Part shown: piece after piece, positions 1-12,970 of the stretch | Position numbering within the stretch: the stretch's first letter is position 1 | Layout of the letters: the number at the start of each line of letters is the position of its first letter | Origin: Ranitomeya imitator | Lineage: Eukaryota | Assembly (NCBI RefSeq): GCF_032444005.1 | Contig: NC_091288.1 | Span: 217,372,001 to 217,436,000, forward strand | Direction: 5' to 3' | DNA: 64,000 nucleotides | Notes under the pieces: generated by a model | Told to the model about the DNA's origin: nothing | The model's database searches: none | Seen by the model: the letters and a program-made list of their open reading frames with translations, nothing else | Translations under genes and position numbers: made by a program

Positions 1-1775
1 CTGCTGAGCCGTGTATCTAATCCTCTCCTGTGTGATACTGACTGCTGAGCCGTGTATCTAATCCTCTCCTGTGTGATACTGACTGCTGAGCCGTGTATCT
101 AATCCTCTCCTGTGTGATACTGTCTGCTGAGCCGTGTATCTAATCCTCTCCTGTGTGATACTGACTGCTGAGCCGTGTATCTAATCCTATCCTGTGTGAT
201 ACTGACTGCTGAGCTGTGTATCTAATCCTCTCCTGTGTGATACTGACTGCTGAGCCGTGTATCTAATCCTATCCTGTGTGATACTGACTGCTGAGCTGTG
301 TATCTAATCCTCTCCTGTGTGATACTGACTGCTGAGCCGTGTATCTAATCCTATCCTGTGTGATACTGACTGCTGAGCCGTGTATCTAATCCTATCCTGT
401 GTGATACTGACTGCTGAGCCGTGTATCTAATCCTCTCCTGTGTGATACTGTCTGCTGAGCTGTGTATCTAATCCTCTCCTGTGTGATACTGACTGCTGAG
501 CCGTGTATCTAATCCTCTCCTGTGTGATACTGACTGCTGAGCCGTGTATCTAATCCTATCCTGTGTGATACTGACTGCTGAGCTGTATCTAATCCTCTCC
601 TGTGTGATACTGACTGCTGAGCCGTGTATCTGATCCTATCCTGTGTGATACTGTCTGCTGAGCTGTATCTAATCCTCTCCTGTGTGATACTGACTGCTGA
701 GCCGTGTATCTAATCCTATCCTGTGTGATACTGACTGCTGAGCTGTGTATCTGATCCTATCCTGTGTGATACTGACTGCTGAGCTGTATCTAATCCTCTC
801 CTGTGTGATACTGACTGCTGAGCCGTGTATCTAATCCTCTCCTGTGTGATACTGACTGCTGAGCCGTGTATCTAATCCTATCCTGTGTGATACTGACTGC
901 TGAGCTGTATCTAATCCTCTCCTGTGTGATACTGACTGCTGAGCCGTGTATCTGATCCTATCCTGTGTGATACTGTCTGCTGAGCTGTATCTAATCCTCT
1001 CCTGTGTGATACTGACTGCTGAGCCGTGTATCTAATCCTCTCCTCTGTGATACTGACTGCTGAGCCGTGTATCTAATCCTCTCCTGTGTGATACTGACTG
1101 CTGAGCCGTGTATCTAATCCTCTCCTGTGTGATACTGACTGCTGAGCTGTATCTAATCCTCTCCTGTGTGATACTGACTGCTGAGCCGTGTATCTAATCC
1201 TCTCCTGTGTGATACTGACTGCTGAGCTGTATCTAATCCTCTCCTGTGTGATACTGACTGCTGAGCCGTGTATCTAATCCTCTCCTGTGTGATACTGACT
1301 GCTGAGCCGTGTATCTAATCCTCTCCTCTGTGATACTGACTGCTGAGCCGTGTATCTAATCCTCTCTTGTGTGATACTGACTGCTGAGCTGTATCTAATC
1401 CTCTCCTGTGTGATACTGACTGCTGAGCTGTGTATCTAATCCTCTCCTGTGTGATACTGACTGCTGAGCCGTGTATCTAATCCTCTCCTGTGTGATACTG
1501 ACTGCTGAGCTGTGTATCTAATCCTCTCCTGTGTGATACTGACTGCTGAGCCGTGTATCTAATCCTCTCCTGTGTGATACTGACTGCTGAGCCGTGTATC
1601 TAATCCTCTCCTGTGTGATACTGACTGCTGAGCCGTGTATCTAATCCTCTCTTGTGTGATACTGACTGCTGAGCTGTATCTAATCCTCTCTTGTGTGATA
1701 CTGACTGCTGAGCTGTATCTAATCCTCTCCTGTGTGATACTGACTGCTGAGCCGTGTATCTAATCCTATCCTGTG
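1..1775. repeat. 41-bp minisatellite (intronic to the SLC43-like gene; continues left of window)
   Basis: Unit CTGCTGAGCCGTGTATCTAATCCTCTCCTGTGTGATACTGA repeated about 43 times with 39-bp variants. Confidence 0.97.
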
Positions 1776-1823
1776 TGGTACACTGTAGCAGACCCTCTGA
1801 TGTAGCCCTGTGTCTGCTCTCAG

Positions 1824-1974
1824 CTTTCTCACCTCCTGGAGGACGTCCCGTTGCTCTTCTCCTCTCTGGTGATTGCGAGTTTCTCTTCCTCAGCGACAAT
1901 CTTCACCCTCATTAAGGTAAAACCGAACTTGACGACGTCGGTTCTCACACCGTGGCACTGTGTCATATACACTG

Positions 1975-2024
<50 letters not shown>

Positions 2025-5000
2025 AATCATTCAGCCCCTGGTGTATACAGTGCTCTGTCCCTGGTGGCCTAGTGGTGTATATAGTGCTCTGTCCCTGGTG
2101 GCCTAGTGGTGTATATAGTGCTCTGTCCCTGGTGGCCTAGTGGTGTATATAGTGTTCCATCCCTGGTGGCCTAGTGGTGTATATAGTGCTCTGTCCCTGG
2201 TGGCCTAGTGGTGTATATAGTGCTCTGTCCCTGGTGGCCTAGTGGTGTATATAGTGCTCTGTCCCTGGTGGCCTGTTGTGAATTCTGTTGTCAAGCTCCC
2301 TCCTGTGGTCATGAATGGTACTTCGGCTGGTTCTGTCCATGGGCTTCCTCTGGTAGTTGTGAGTGGGGCTGCGGCTTCTGAGTTTCCTTCCACAGGTGAC
2401 GAGGTTAATTCGTTAGCTGGCTGCTCTATTTAACTCCACCTAGATCATTGCTCCATGCCACCTGTCAATGTTCCAGTATTGGTCTGTTCGCTCCTGGATC
2501 GTTCTTGTGACCTGTCTTCCCAGCAGAAGCTAAGTTACTGCTTGTTTTTCTCTGGTTTGCTATTTTTCTGTCCAGCTTGCTATTTTGATTTTTGTCTTGC
2601 TTGCTGGAAGCTCTGGGACGCAGAGGGAGCGCCTCCACACCGTGAGTCGGTGCGGAGGGTCTTTTTGCGCCCTCTGCGTGGTCTTTTTGTAGTTTTTTGT
2701 GCTGACCGCAAAGTAACCTTTCCTATCCTCTGTCTGTTCAGTAAGTCGGGCCTCACTTTGCTAAATCTATTTCATCTCTGTGTTTGTAATTTTCATCTTT
2801 ACTCACAGTCATTATATGTGGGGGGCTGCCTGTTCCTTTGGGGAATTTCTCTGAGGCAAGGTAGGCTTTATTTTTCTATCTTCAGGGCTAGCTAGTTTCT
2901 TAGGCTGTGTCGAGTTGCATAGGGAGCGTTAGGAGCTATCTACAGCTATTTCTAGTGTGTGTGATAGGATTAGGGATTGCGGTCAGCAGAGTTCCCACGT
3001 CTCAGAGCTCGTCCTATATTATTAGTAACTATCAGGTCATTCCGTGTGCTCTTAACCACCAGGTCCATTATTGTACTTACCACCAGGTTATAACAGTGGC
3101 CTAGTGGTGTATATAGTGCTCTGTCCCTGGTGGCCTAGTGGTGTATATAGTGTTCTGTCCCTGGTGGTCTAGTGGTGTATATAGTGTTCCGTCCCTTGTG
3201 GCCTAGTGGTGTATATAGTGCTCTGTCCCTGGTGGCCTAGTGGTGTATATAGTGTTCTGTCCCTGGTGGTCTAGTGGTGTATATAGTGTTCCGTCCCTTG
3301 TGGCCTAGTGGTGTATATAGTGCTCTGTCCCTGGTGGCCTAGTGGTGTATATAGTGTTCCATCCCTGGTGGCCTAGTGGTGTATATAGTGCTCTGTCCCT
3401 GGTGGCCTAGTGGTGTATATAGTGTTCCATCCCTGGTGGCCTAGTGGTGTATATAGTGCTCTGTCCCTGGTGGCCTAGTGGTATATATAGTGCTCTGTCC
3501 CTGGTGGCCTAGTGTTGTATATAATGCTCTGTCCCTGGTGGCCTAGTGGTGTATATAATGCTCTGTCCCTGGTGGCCTAGTGGTGTATATAGTGCTATGT
3601 CCCTGGTGGCCTAGTGGTGTATATAGTGCTATGTCCCTGGTGGCCTAGTGGTGTATATGATGCTCTGTCCCTGGTGGCCTAGTTGTGCATATAATGCTCT
3701 GTCCCTGGTGGCCTAGTGGTGTATATAGTGCTTTGTCCCTGGTGGCCTAGTGGTGTATATAGTGCTTTGTCCCTGGTGGCCTAGTGGTGTATATAGTGTT
3801 TTGTCCCTAGTGGTGTATATAGTTGTCCGTCCCTGGTGGTCCCGTGACCTCACTCTGGGGATAACATTACAGTTTTGCTTCCCTCCTGTCTCCGTCCAGG
3901 TCCTGTATTATTCGGGGGTCCCTATTGTCCCCATCATTTTGTCATACGGGGCCTTGTCCTGTGCTGTGTTCCTGAACAGCTCCCTCTGCTGGCACCTGAA
4001 GCCCCCTGAGAAGCCAGAGGACAACGTGTACAGGTGAGTGAGGCGGGCGGCTGGCGAGTGCGGAGGGGACCGGTCATTACCGTGCGGTGTCTCCTCAGCG
4101 TCAGGCTGCAGCTCAACTGCTACGAGGCCATGAAGAAGAAGAAGCCGCAGGAGGACAACTGGTGCCAGAAGTCTCTGAAACTCAAGTTCCAGGAATCTCT
4201 GAGGGACAAAGAAAGAATCCTGAGTCAGAGGAGGACACTCAGCTTCCGGAGGCCACACGGTAAGCGGCGTCTACTAACCACTGCCGGGCCAGGACCAATG
4301 TCAGGTCTCTTCATCATGTCGCCAGTTATAGCACAGTAATATCGCGAGCAGCGCCATGTTCTGCCCCAAGAGGCCCATGAAGTCCAGCAGAGGACGTCCC
4401 CCGAGGACCAAGGCTACTCTCAGAACCGTCTGCTGACCATGGCTCCTCTTTTCTAGTTCCTGCCCCGACGCCGCTCCTGGAAAGTCTCACCTGTCCCACG
4501 TTCCTTCTTCACCTGCTGTCCGACACCGCGCTGCTCACCTGGATCTACTTCTACGTCTCCTCGGTGAACTCACATCTTCAGAGTAAGGCGGAGGAACATG
4601 GACCCCAGGCAGGTGAGAGCCCCGACTGCCCCTTCCAGGTGAGAGAGCCCCGACTGGCCCTGCCAGGTGAGAGCCCCCGACTGGCCCTGCCAGGTGAGAG
4701 CCCCCGACTGGCCCTGCCAGGTGGGAGCCCCGACTGCCCCTGCCTGGAGAGGAAACTCCTGACTGCCCCTGCCAGGTGAGAGAGCCCCCGACTGCCCCTG
4801 CCAGGAGAGAGAGCCCCCGACTGCCCCTGCCTGGTGAGAGAGCCCCCGACTGCCCCTGCCTGAAGAGAGAGCCCCTGACTGCCCCTGCCTGGAGAGAGAG
4901 CCCCCGACTGCCCCTGCCAGGTGAAAACTCCGAACTGGCCCTGCCAGGTTAGAACCCTAAACTGCCCCTGCCTTGAGAGAGAGCTCTCGACGGCCCCTAC

Positions 5001-8000
5001 TTGGAGAGAGAGAGCTCCAGACTGGCCTGCGTGGAGAGAGTCCCCAACTGCCCCTGCCAGGAGAGAGCTCCTGACTGGCCCTTCCTTTAGGAGACAGTTC
5101 CTGACTGGCACTGCCTGCCTGGAGAGTTCCCTACTGCCCCTGCCTGGAGAGAGAGGTCCCGACTGGCCCCACCTGGAGAGAGCCCCTGGCTTCTGCTTGC
5201 CATGTGAGAGCTCCAGACTGGCCGAGCCTGGAGATCCCCCGGCTTCTGCTTGCCATGTTTGAGCTCCTGACTGCCCCTGCCAGGCAGATCGATCTTAGTC
5301 TCAGCCCTTTTATGTCCCTATAATGGTGTCTCGCCCTTGCAGATCTCTACTCCTCCGTGTTTGGGGCGCTGCAGATGATCGGACTGTTTGCCGCGCCGAT
5401 GATCTCTGTTTTACTCCATAACCATCGCATCCGAAAAATGGGAAAACCGAGTGACCAACCCCCCGCCAGGTGCTTCCATGTTGTATACTGCGCTCCATCC
5501 TCTCCGGACTAGATTGCTGTAATCCTCATGATGTGATGGTGTCTTGTAGGAATCCTCCCCGGAGAGCATGCAGCGTGAGGAGGCTGGCTGCCGTCTATAT
5601 CCTCCGGACTCTTCTGGTCATTTGTTTTGGGATCATTTGTCTCGTTCCATCTCTTCACATCCAGGTAAACGGAGGAAGGCAATGATCACACCAGGCTCAG
5701 CCCAACGATCCAAGATGCATGTAGTACCACCTCACAGCCAGCAGATGGTGATGCGTCACCTTCATACACATTCCTCGCATCTCCACCTGCAGGCAGTGAC
5801 TGGTACTACGCTCAGGATAGCAGCAGTGGGGAGATTTTGTGCTTTTCTCCTTTTGACTTTTACCTTTCTCTTTGCCCCCGAGGTTATCGGCTTCATCCTC
5901 CACGTGGCGATGAGAACGTCCATGTTTTTAGTTGGCGCCACTCTTTATCTGTGTGTGTGAGTATAATGCTCTGGTGACATGACCCCACCACACTCCAATA
6001 ATGCAGGTGTTACAATGTCCAATATGTCCCTCAGGTTCCCCAGCCAACATTTCGGCGCTTTGCTGGGAATCAACACGTTCATCTCATCAATCCTGTCCCT
6101 TGTCCAGCATCCACTCTTCCTACTGGTCACAGGACCCCTGAAGAAAGACCCATTCTGGGTAAGGAAACAGTCACTTCCTGCATCATACTCCAGAGCTGCA
6201 CTCAATATTCTGCTGGTCACTGTGTACATGCATTACATTACTGATCCTGAGTTACATCCTGTATTATACTCCAGAGCTGCACTCACTATTCTGCTGGTGC
6301 AGTCACTGTGTACATACATTACATTACTGATCCTGAGTTACATCCTGTATTATACCCCAGAGCTGCACTCACTATTCTGGTGGTGCAGTCACTGTGTACA
6401 TACATTACATTACTGATCCTGGGTTACATCCTGTATTATACCCCAGAGCTGCACTCACTATTCTGGTGGTGCAGTCACTGTGTACATACATTACTGATCC
6501 TGAGTTACATCCTGTATTATACTCCAGAGCTGCACTCACTATTCTGCTGGTGCAGTCACTGTGTACATACATTACATTACTGATCCTGAGTTACCTCCTG
6601 TATTATACTCCAGAGCTGCACTCACTATTTTGCTGGTGCAGTCACTGTGTACATACATTACTGATCCTGGGTTACATCCTGTATTATACTCCAGAGCTGC
6701 ACTCACTATTCTGCTGGTGCAGTCACTGTGTACATACATTACATTACTGATCCTGAGTTACAGCCTGTATTATACCCCAGAGCTGCACTCACTATTCTGC
6801 TGGTGCAGTCACTGTGTACATACATTACATTACTGATCCTGAGTTACATCCTGTATTATCCTCCAGAGCTGCACTCACTATTCTGCTGGTGCAGTCACTG
6901 TGTACATACATTACATTACTGATCCTGCGTTACATCCTGTATTATACTCCAGAGCTGCACTCACTATTCTGCTGGTGCAGTCACTGTGTACATACATTAC
7001 ATTACTGATCCTGAGTTACATCCTGTATTATACCCCAGAGCTGCACTCACTATTGTGCTGGTGCAGTCACTGCGTACATACATTACATTACTGATCCTGA
7101 GTTACCTCCTGTATTATACTCCAGAGCTGCACTCACTATTCTGCTGGTGCAGTCACTGTGTACATTACATTACTGATCCTGAGTTACATCCTGTATTATA
7201 ACCCAGAGCTGCACTCACTATTCTGCTGGTGCAGTCACTGCGTACATACATTACATTACTGATCCTGAGTTACCTCCTGTATTATACCCCAGAGCTGCAC
7301 TCACTATTCTGCTGGTGCAGTCACTGTGTACATACATTACATTACTGATCCTGCGTTACATCCTGTATTATATCCCAGAGCTGCACTCACTATTCTGCTG
7401 GTGCAGTCACTGTGTACATACATTACATATCCTGAGTTACATCCTGTATTATACCCCAGAGCTGCACTCACTATTCTGCTGGTGCAGTCACTGTGTACAT
7501 ACATTACATATCCTGAGTTACATCCTGTATTATACCCCAGAGCTGCACTCACTATTCTGCTGGTGCAGTCACTGTGTACATACATTACATTACTGATCCT
7601 GAGTTACATCCTGTATTATACTCCAGAGCTGCACTCACTATTCTGCTGGTGCAGTCACTGTGTACATACATTACTGATCCTGAGTTACATCCTGTATTAT
7701 ACTGCAGAGCTGCACTCACTATTCTGCTGGTGCAGTCACTGTGTACATACATTACATTACTGATCCTGAGTTACCTCCTGTATTATACTCCAGAGCTGCG
7801 CTCACTATTCTGCTGGTGCAGTTACAATGTACATACATTAAATTACTGATCCTGAGTTACCTCCTGTATTATACTCCAGAGCTGCACTCACTATTGTGCT
7901 GGTGCAGTCACTGTGTACATACATTACTGATCCTGAGTTACATCCTGTATTATACTCCAGAGCTGCACTCACTATTCTGCTGGTGCAGTCACTGTGTACA

Positions 8001-11000
8001 TACATTACATTACTGATCCTGAGTTACCTCCTGTATTATACTCCAGAGCTGCACTCACTATTCTGCTGGTGCAGTCACTGTGTACATACATTACTTTACT
8101 GATCCTGAGTTACATCCTGTATTATACTCCAGAGCTGCACTCACTATTCTGCTGGTGCAGTCACTGTGTACATACATTACATAACTGATCCTGAGTTACC
8201 TCCTGTATTATACCCCAGAGCTGCACTCACTATTCTGCTGGTGCAGTCACTGTGTACATACATTACATTACTGATCCTGAGTTACCTCCTGTATTATACC
8301 CCAGAGCTGCACTCACTATTCTGCTGGTGCAGTCACTGTGTGCATACATTACATTACTGATCCTGAGTTACATCCTGTATTATACCCCAGAGCTGCACTC
8401 ACTATTCTGCTGGTGCAGTCACTGTGTGCATACATTACATTACTGATCCTGAGATACATCCTGTATTTTACTCCAGAGCTGCACTCACTATTGTATTCTG
8501 CTGGTGCAGTCACTGTGTGCATACATTACATTACTGATCCTGAGTTACATCCTGTATTATACCCCAGAGCTGCACTCACTATTCTGCTGGTGCAGTCACT
8601 GTGTACATACATTACTGATCCTGAGTTACATCCTGTATTATACTCCAGAGCTGCACTCACTATTCTGCTGGTGCAGTCACTGTGTAGATACATTACATTA
8701 CTGATCCTGAGTTACATCCTGTATTATACTCCAGAGCTGCACTCACTATTGTGCTGGTGCAGTCACTGTGTACATACATTACTGATCCTGAGTTACATCC
8801 TGTATTATACTCCAGAGCTGCACTCACTATTCTGCTGGTGCAGTCACTGTGTACATACATTACATTACTGATCCTGAGTTACATCCTGTATTATACCCCA
8901 GAGCTGCACTCACTATTCTGCTGGTGCAGTCACTGTGTGCATACATTACATTACTGATCCTGAGTTACATCCTGTATTATACCCCAGAGCTGCACTCACT
9001 ATTCTGCTGGTGCAGTCACTGTGTACATACATTACTGATCCTGAGTTACATCCAGTATTATACTCCAGAGCTGCACTCACTCTTCTGCTGGTGCAGTCAC
9101 TGTGTACATACATTACATTACTGATCCTGAGTTACATCCTGTATTATACTCCAGAGCTGCACTCACTATTCTGCTGGTGCAGTCACTGTGTAGATACATT
9201 ACTGATCCTGAGTTACATCCAGTATTATCTTCCAGAGCTGCACTCACTATTCTGCTGGTGCAGTCACTGTGTACATACATTACATTACTGATCCTGAGTT
9301 ACCTCCTGTATTATACTCCAGAGCTGCACTCACTATTCTGCTGGTGCAGTCACTGTGTACATACATTACATTACTGATCCTGAGTTACATCCTGTATTAT
9401 ACCCCAGAGCTGCACTCACTATTCTGCTGGTGCAGTCACTGTGTACATACATTACATTACTGATCCTGAGTTACCTCCTGTATTATACCCCAGAGCTGCA
9501 CTCACTATTCTGCTGGTGCAGTCACTGTGTACATACATTACATTACTGATCCTGAGTTACATCCTGTATTATACCCCAGAGCTGCACTCACTATTCTGCT
9601 GGTGCAGTCACTGTGTGCATACATTACATTACTGATTCTGAGTTACCTCCTGTATTATACCCCAGAGCTGCACTGACTATTCTGCTGGTGCAGTCACTGT
9701 GTACATACATTACATTACTGATCCTGAGTTACATCCTGTATTATACCCCAGAGCTGCACTCACTATTCTGCTGGTGCAGTCACTGTGTGCATACATTACA
9801 TTACTGATTCTGAGTTACCTCCTGTATTATACTCCAGAGCTGCACTCACTATTCTGCTGGTGCAGTCACTGTGTGCATACATTACATTACTGATCCTGAG
9901 TTACATCCTGTATTTTACTCCAGAGCTGCACTCACTATTCTATTCTGCTGGTGCAGTCACTGTGTGCATACATTACATTACTGATCCTGAGTTACATCCT
10001 GTATTATAACCCAGAGCTGCACTCACTATTCTGCTGGTGCAGTCACTGTGTACATACATTACTGATCCTGAGTTACATCCAGTATTATACTCCAGAGCTG
10101 CACTCACTCTTCTGCTGGTGCAGTCACTGTGTACATACATTACATTACTGATCCTGAGTTAAATCCTGTATTATACTCCAGAGCTGCACTCACTATTCTG
10201 CTGGTGCAGTCACTGTGTACATACATTACATTACTGATCCTGAGTTACATCCAGTATTATACTCCAGAGCTGCACTCACTATTCTGCTGGTGCAGTCACT
10301 GTGTACATACATTACATTACTGATCCTGAGTTACCTCCTCTATTATACCCCAGAGCTGCACTCACTATTCTGCTGGTGCAGTCACTGTGTACATACATTA
10401 CTGATCCTGAGTTACATCCAGTATTATACTCCAGAGCTGCACTCACTATTCTGCTGGTGCAGTCACTGTGTACCTACATTACATTACTGATCCTGAGTTA
10501 CATCCTGTATTTTATTCCAGAGCTGCACTCACTATTCTGCTGGTGCAGTCACTGTGTACATACATTACATTACTGATCCTGAGTTACATCCTGTATTATA
10601 CCCCAGAGCTGCACTCACTATTCTGCTGGTGCAGTCACTGTGCACATACATTACATTACTGATCCTGCGTTACATCCAGTATTATACTCCAGAGCTGCAC
10701 TCACTCTTCTGCTGGTGCAGTCACTGTGTACATACATTACATTACTGATCCTGAGTTACCTCCTGTATTATACCCCAGAGCTGCACTCACTATTCTGCTG
10801 GTGCAGTCACTGTGTACATACATTACATTACTGATCCTGAGTTACATCCTGTATTATACCCCAGAACTGCACTCACTATTCTGCTGGTGCAGTCACTGTG
10901 TACATACATTACATTACTGATCCTGAGTTACATCCTGTATTATACTCCAGAGCTGCACTCACTCTTCTGCTGGTGCAGTCACTGTGTACATACATTACTG

Positions 11001-12092
11001 ATCCTGAGTTACCTCCTGTATTATACCCCAGAGCTGCACTCACTATTCTGCTGGTGCAGTCACTGTGTACATACATTACATTACTGATCCTGAGTTACAT
11101 TCTGTATTATACTCCAGAGCTGCACTCACTATTCTGCTGGTGCAGTCACTGTGTACATACATTACATTACTGATCCTGAGTTACATCCTGTATTATACTC
11201 CAGAGCTGCACTCACTATTCTGCTGGTGCAGTCACTGTGTACATACATTACATTACTGATCCTGAGTTACATCCTGTATTATACTCCAGAGCTGCACTCA
11301 CTATTCTGGTGCAGTCACTGTGTACATACATTACTGATCCTGAGTTACATCCTGTATTATACTCCAGAGCTGCACTCACTATTCTGGTGCAGTCACTGTG
11401 TACATACATTACATTACTGATCCTGAGTTACCTCCTGTATTATACTCCAGAGCTGCACTCACTATTCTGGTGCAGTCACTGTGTACATACATTACATTAC
11501 TGATCCTGAGTTACCTCCTGTATTATACCCCAGAGCTGCACTCACTATTCTGCTGGTGCAGTCACTGAGTACATACATTACATTACTGATCCTGAGTTAC
11601 ATCCTGTATTATACTCCAGAGCTGCACTCACTATTCTGCTGGTGCAGTCACTGTGTACATACATTACATTACTGATCCTGAGTTACCTCCTGTATTATAC
11701 CCCAGAGCTGCACTCACTATTCTGCTGGTGCAGTCACTGTGTACATACATTACATTACTGATCCTGAGTTACATTCTGTATTATACCCCAGAGCTGCACT
11801 CACTATTCTGCTGGTGCAGTCACTGTGTACATACATTACATTACTGATCCTGAGTTACATTCTGTATTATACTCCAGAGCTGCGCTCACTATTCTGCTCT
11901 GGAGTAGATCCCTTCTCCCTGTAACCTCTTCTCCCGTTGCTGTAGATCCACGCTGGCTTCCTGGCTTTGTCTCTGGTCGCCGTCGCTCTTCCGTTCCACC
12001 TCATCGTGAAGAATCACCGCCGGCACCGTGACCCCCGCTCGCGCCCCATCCACCTCCGCCCGCTGCCACCGTCCACTTGCGCCAAGGCCTGA
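1824..12092 (+). CDS. SLC43-family (LAT3/LAT4-like) MFS amino-acid transporter, 3' nine coding exons; 5' exons lie left of the window
   Basis: Exons 1824-1916, 3900-4033, 4099-4259, 4457-4612, 5343-5469, 5550-5664, 5883-5956, 6035-6158, 11946-12092 (TGA). All GT-AG with phases that chain correctly. Peptides align by eye to SLC43A1/A2, e.g. LFSSLVIASFSSSATIFTLIK, LESLTCPTFLLHLL, DLYSSVFGALQMIGL, FPSQHFGALLGINTFISSILSLVQHPLFLLVTGPLKKDPFW. Confidence 0.9.
1975..2024. repeat. (TA)n microsatellite
   Basis: About 24 TA units with one TG interruption. Confidence 0.97.
2033..3838. repeat. 34-bp minisatellite interrupted by a solo LTR
   Basis: Unit AGTGCTCTGTCCCTGGTGGCCTAGTGGTGTATAT at 2033-2273 and 3096-3838. 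Confidence 0.95.
2274..3095 (+). mobile_element. Solo LTR of a Ty3/Gypsy (chromovirus-type) retrotransposon
   Basis: TGTTGTG...TTATAACA termini; GTGGCC duplicated at 2268-2273 and 3096-3101; clear homology to the reverse complement of the LTR at 60261-61008 (shared TGTTGTGAATTCTGT, TTTTTCTGTCCAGCTTGCTATT, TCGGGCCTCACTTTGCT, CAGTCATTATATGTGGGGG blocks). Confidence 0.9.
4613..5285. repeat. Degenerate GC-rich ~27-30-bp tandem repeat
   Basis: Variants of GAGAGCCCCCGACTGCCCCTGCCAGGT starting at the 4613 splice donor and decaying rightward. Confidence 0.85.
6175..11900. repeat. 86/81-bp minisatellite filling the last SLC43-like intron
   Basis: Unit TACTCCAGAGCTGCACTCACTATTCTGCTGGTGCAGTCACTGTGTACATACATTACATTACTGATCCTGAGTTACATCCTGTATTA; 81-bp variants lack one CATTA. 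Confidence 0.97.
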
Positions 12093-12127
12093 GGCAGATC
12101 CGGTAGATCACAGACGATCGAGGCCGA

Positions 12128-12133
12128 AATAAA
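12128..12133 (+). terminator. Candidate poly(A) signal of the SLC43-like gene
   Basis: AATAAA 36 nt after the TGA stop. Confidence 0.6.
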
Positions 12134-12148
12134 GGATTTTTTTTTAAT

Positions 12149-12154
12149 TTTATT
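12149..12154 (-). terminator. Candidate poly(A) signal of the PITP gene
   Basis: TTTATT on + is AATAAA on -, about 820 nt beyond the PITP stop. Confidence 0.5.
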
Positions 12155-12970
12155 TTCATAAATGCGGTCACATGATAACTTTAAAAAAAAAAAAAAAATT
12201 ACTAAAGCCCCTCCATCCCGTCCCCCCGGATGATTCCGCCCTCCTGGTCTCTTCTCTATAACCTGCGTCTCTGGACCCTGAAGTGCTGCCCCGCCGGCCT
12301 CCCCTACCGGACCGCACCAAGCAACACCCCCCCCCGCCCGCCATCCCAGAAATGGAACAATCCACGAGAAGGAAAGACATTAACCCCTGTGCCGCTGGAC
12401 TGTGGCAGCATTAACCGCTCCACTGCTGGACATCAGTCACGGCGGATGCACCGATAGTCTCATAATAAATCTCGTAATAAAACTCTTTTTTTCGGTCTGG
12501 CGGAACATTCTAAGAACCGTTAAGGGGGCGGCGGGGTTTGCTCCGCCTCTCAGTGTCCGTCTCCAACAAGGAAGGGTTACACATTAGGCAGCTGAGTCCT
12601 GGGGCAGTGAAGAGGTTAACAGAGTCTGGCAATGATGAGGGCAAGTAGGAAAAAAAAAAAAAAACATTGACGAGAGGCCAAAACATGAAAGGATCGGGCA
12701 GGAAGGAGTCCGCGGGGGACGGCTCAGCAGATCTTCCTCTCCAGTCATTGCTCCTTTCAGACACGCCCCCTGCGCAGATCAGCCAATGAGAAGGAAGGTG
12801 GTCCAGACTCCGCCCCAGAGGGATCTGAAGAAAAACATAGATGTAATTACCTATTCTGCCTGTAGATGGCGACATTGCAAAGCACACCACCCAGTGGTCA
12901 CTGCCGGTACTGCACTGCTCGGCTGATTTAACCCTTTTCTTACTTGTTCCTTTCCGAGGACCCCAGGGCT

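Noticed and set aside
2455-3104. 146-aa and 65-aa hydrophobic ORFs
   Set aside because: They lie within the solo LTR; T-rich composition explains the peptides.
2033-3838. CTCF-like CCACCAGGG in the 34-bp unit
   Set aside because: The 3' half reads GACAG rather than GGCRS, too weak to claim.
6166-11924. Dozens of short Leu/Tyr/His-rich ORFs
   Set aside because: Translations of the 86/81-bp minisatellite in an intron.
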